NCBI RefSeq assembly: GCF_044704955.1
Contig: NC_091991.1
Span: 33,108,001 to 33,172,000, forward strand
DNA from: Pristiophorus japonicus
Taxonomy: Eukaryota
DNA length: 64,000 bases
Direction of reading: 5' to 3'
A program made the translations under genes and the position numbers. The notes under the pieces are model-generated. The model saw only the letters and a program-made list of their open reading frames with translations, ran no database searches and had not been told where the DNA came from. Shown piece by piece: positions 63,336 through 64,000 of this stretch (positions are counted from its first letter, which is position 1; each line of letters begins with the position of its first letter).

Positions 63336-63723
63336 CTCACACCAGGACTTCAGCACGTAATCGAGGTTGGCACTCCCATGCAGTGCTAAGGGAATGCTGC
63401 ATTGTGAAGGTGGCATCCTTCAGATGAGATGCTAAACACTTTCTGCTTGTTCAGGTGGACATTAAAGATCCTACGGCACTGTTAGCGAAGAAGAGCAGGG
63501 AGTTCTTCCACTGTCTTGGCCAACATTTCTCCATCAACCAACACCACCAAAAAAGGTTTATATACAGGGAAACACTGTGGTATATAAATGAGGAAATGTT
63601 TATTGGTAAGTAAAGTACAGTACAGTACAATCATTTGGTAAAAATGCTGTACTACATAGAGGCAACTCACACAAAAGTTTGGAATAGTTTAGGAGGGTAA
63701 CACTTTTGTCTTTAGAAACACGA

Positions 63724-64000
63724 GGGGCCCCAATTGGTGGACACACGGTCGCATATCGCCCGCGAACCGCCAACATACCATCCAAAATTATGAAATTGAT
63801 CAAAAAATACCTACATACCACCCACATACTGCCCGGTGGGAAATTCATCAGCGACATACCACCGGGTGGTATGTGTACCATCCGCCCGCACAGAGCACCC
63901 TACTGACCATTCAAAAGTCCAACATTGGTAGCATACTGCCGACATACTGCCGACATACCGCCGGAGCTGCACGCAGTCGGAAAAAGGTGGTTTTATGCCG
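63724..64000. mobile_element. Probable left end of another GGG-terminated MITE with catactgccga repeats
   Basis: ggggccccaattg start and short internal repeats; other end lies outside the window. Confidence 0.4.

Overview
Eukaryotic, repeat-dense intergenic or intronic DNA, probably from a cartilaginous fish. That assignment is inferred from the mix of CR1 LINEs, RTE/BovB-like LINEs, Deu-domain SINEs and shark-type satellites. I could not support any intact host protein-coding gene, rRNA, tRNA or CRISPR array; nearly all long ORFs are decayed transposon genes. There are three zones. (1) 1-37100 holds three tandem copies of a ~4-kb unit, each hit by different insertions: RTE LINEs, an RTE-tailed non-autonomous element, a near full-length CR1, an RTE with a nested Gypsy, a solo LTR and a 1.8-kb minisatellite expansion. 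A Gypsy element and a Harbinger-type MITE sit between copies 2 and 3, and a back-to-back CR1 pair forms a ~3.7-kb inverted repeat. (2) 37100-48800 is mostly old repeats and unique sequence. (3) 48827-64000 holds a PIF/Harbinger element (transposase plus a convergent spliced Myb/SANT-like gene) that was tandemly duplicated with its downstream flank. It carries a nested RT-less Gypsy and a CR1, and downstream lies a 1.3-kb foreign sequence inserted with only a CR1 3' tail. No clearly novel biological system is demonstrable. The best leads are LINE-mediated capture of foreign DNA, a structured RTE-mobilised element, the composite Harbinger, and a speculative AAAGTGCT-seed hairpin in each repeat unit. 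All coordinates were read by eye and may be off by a few bases.
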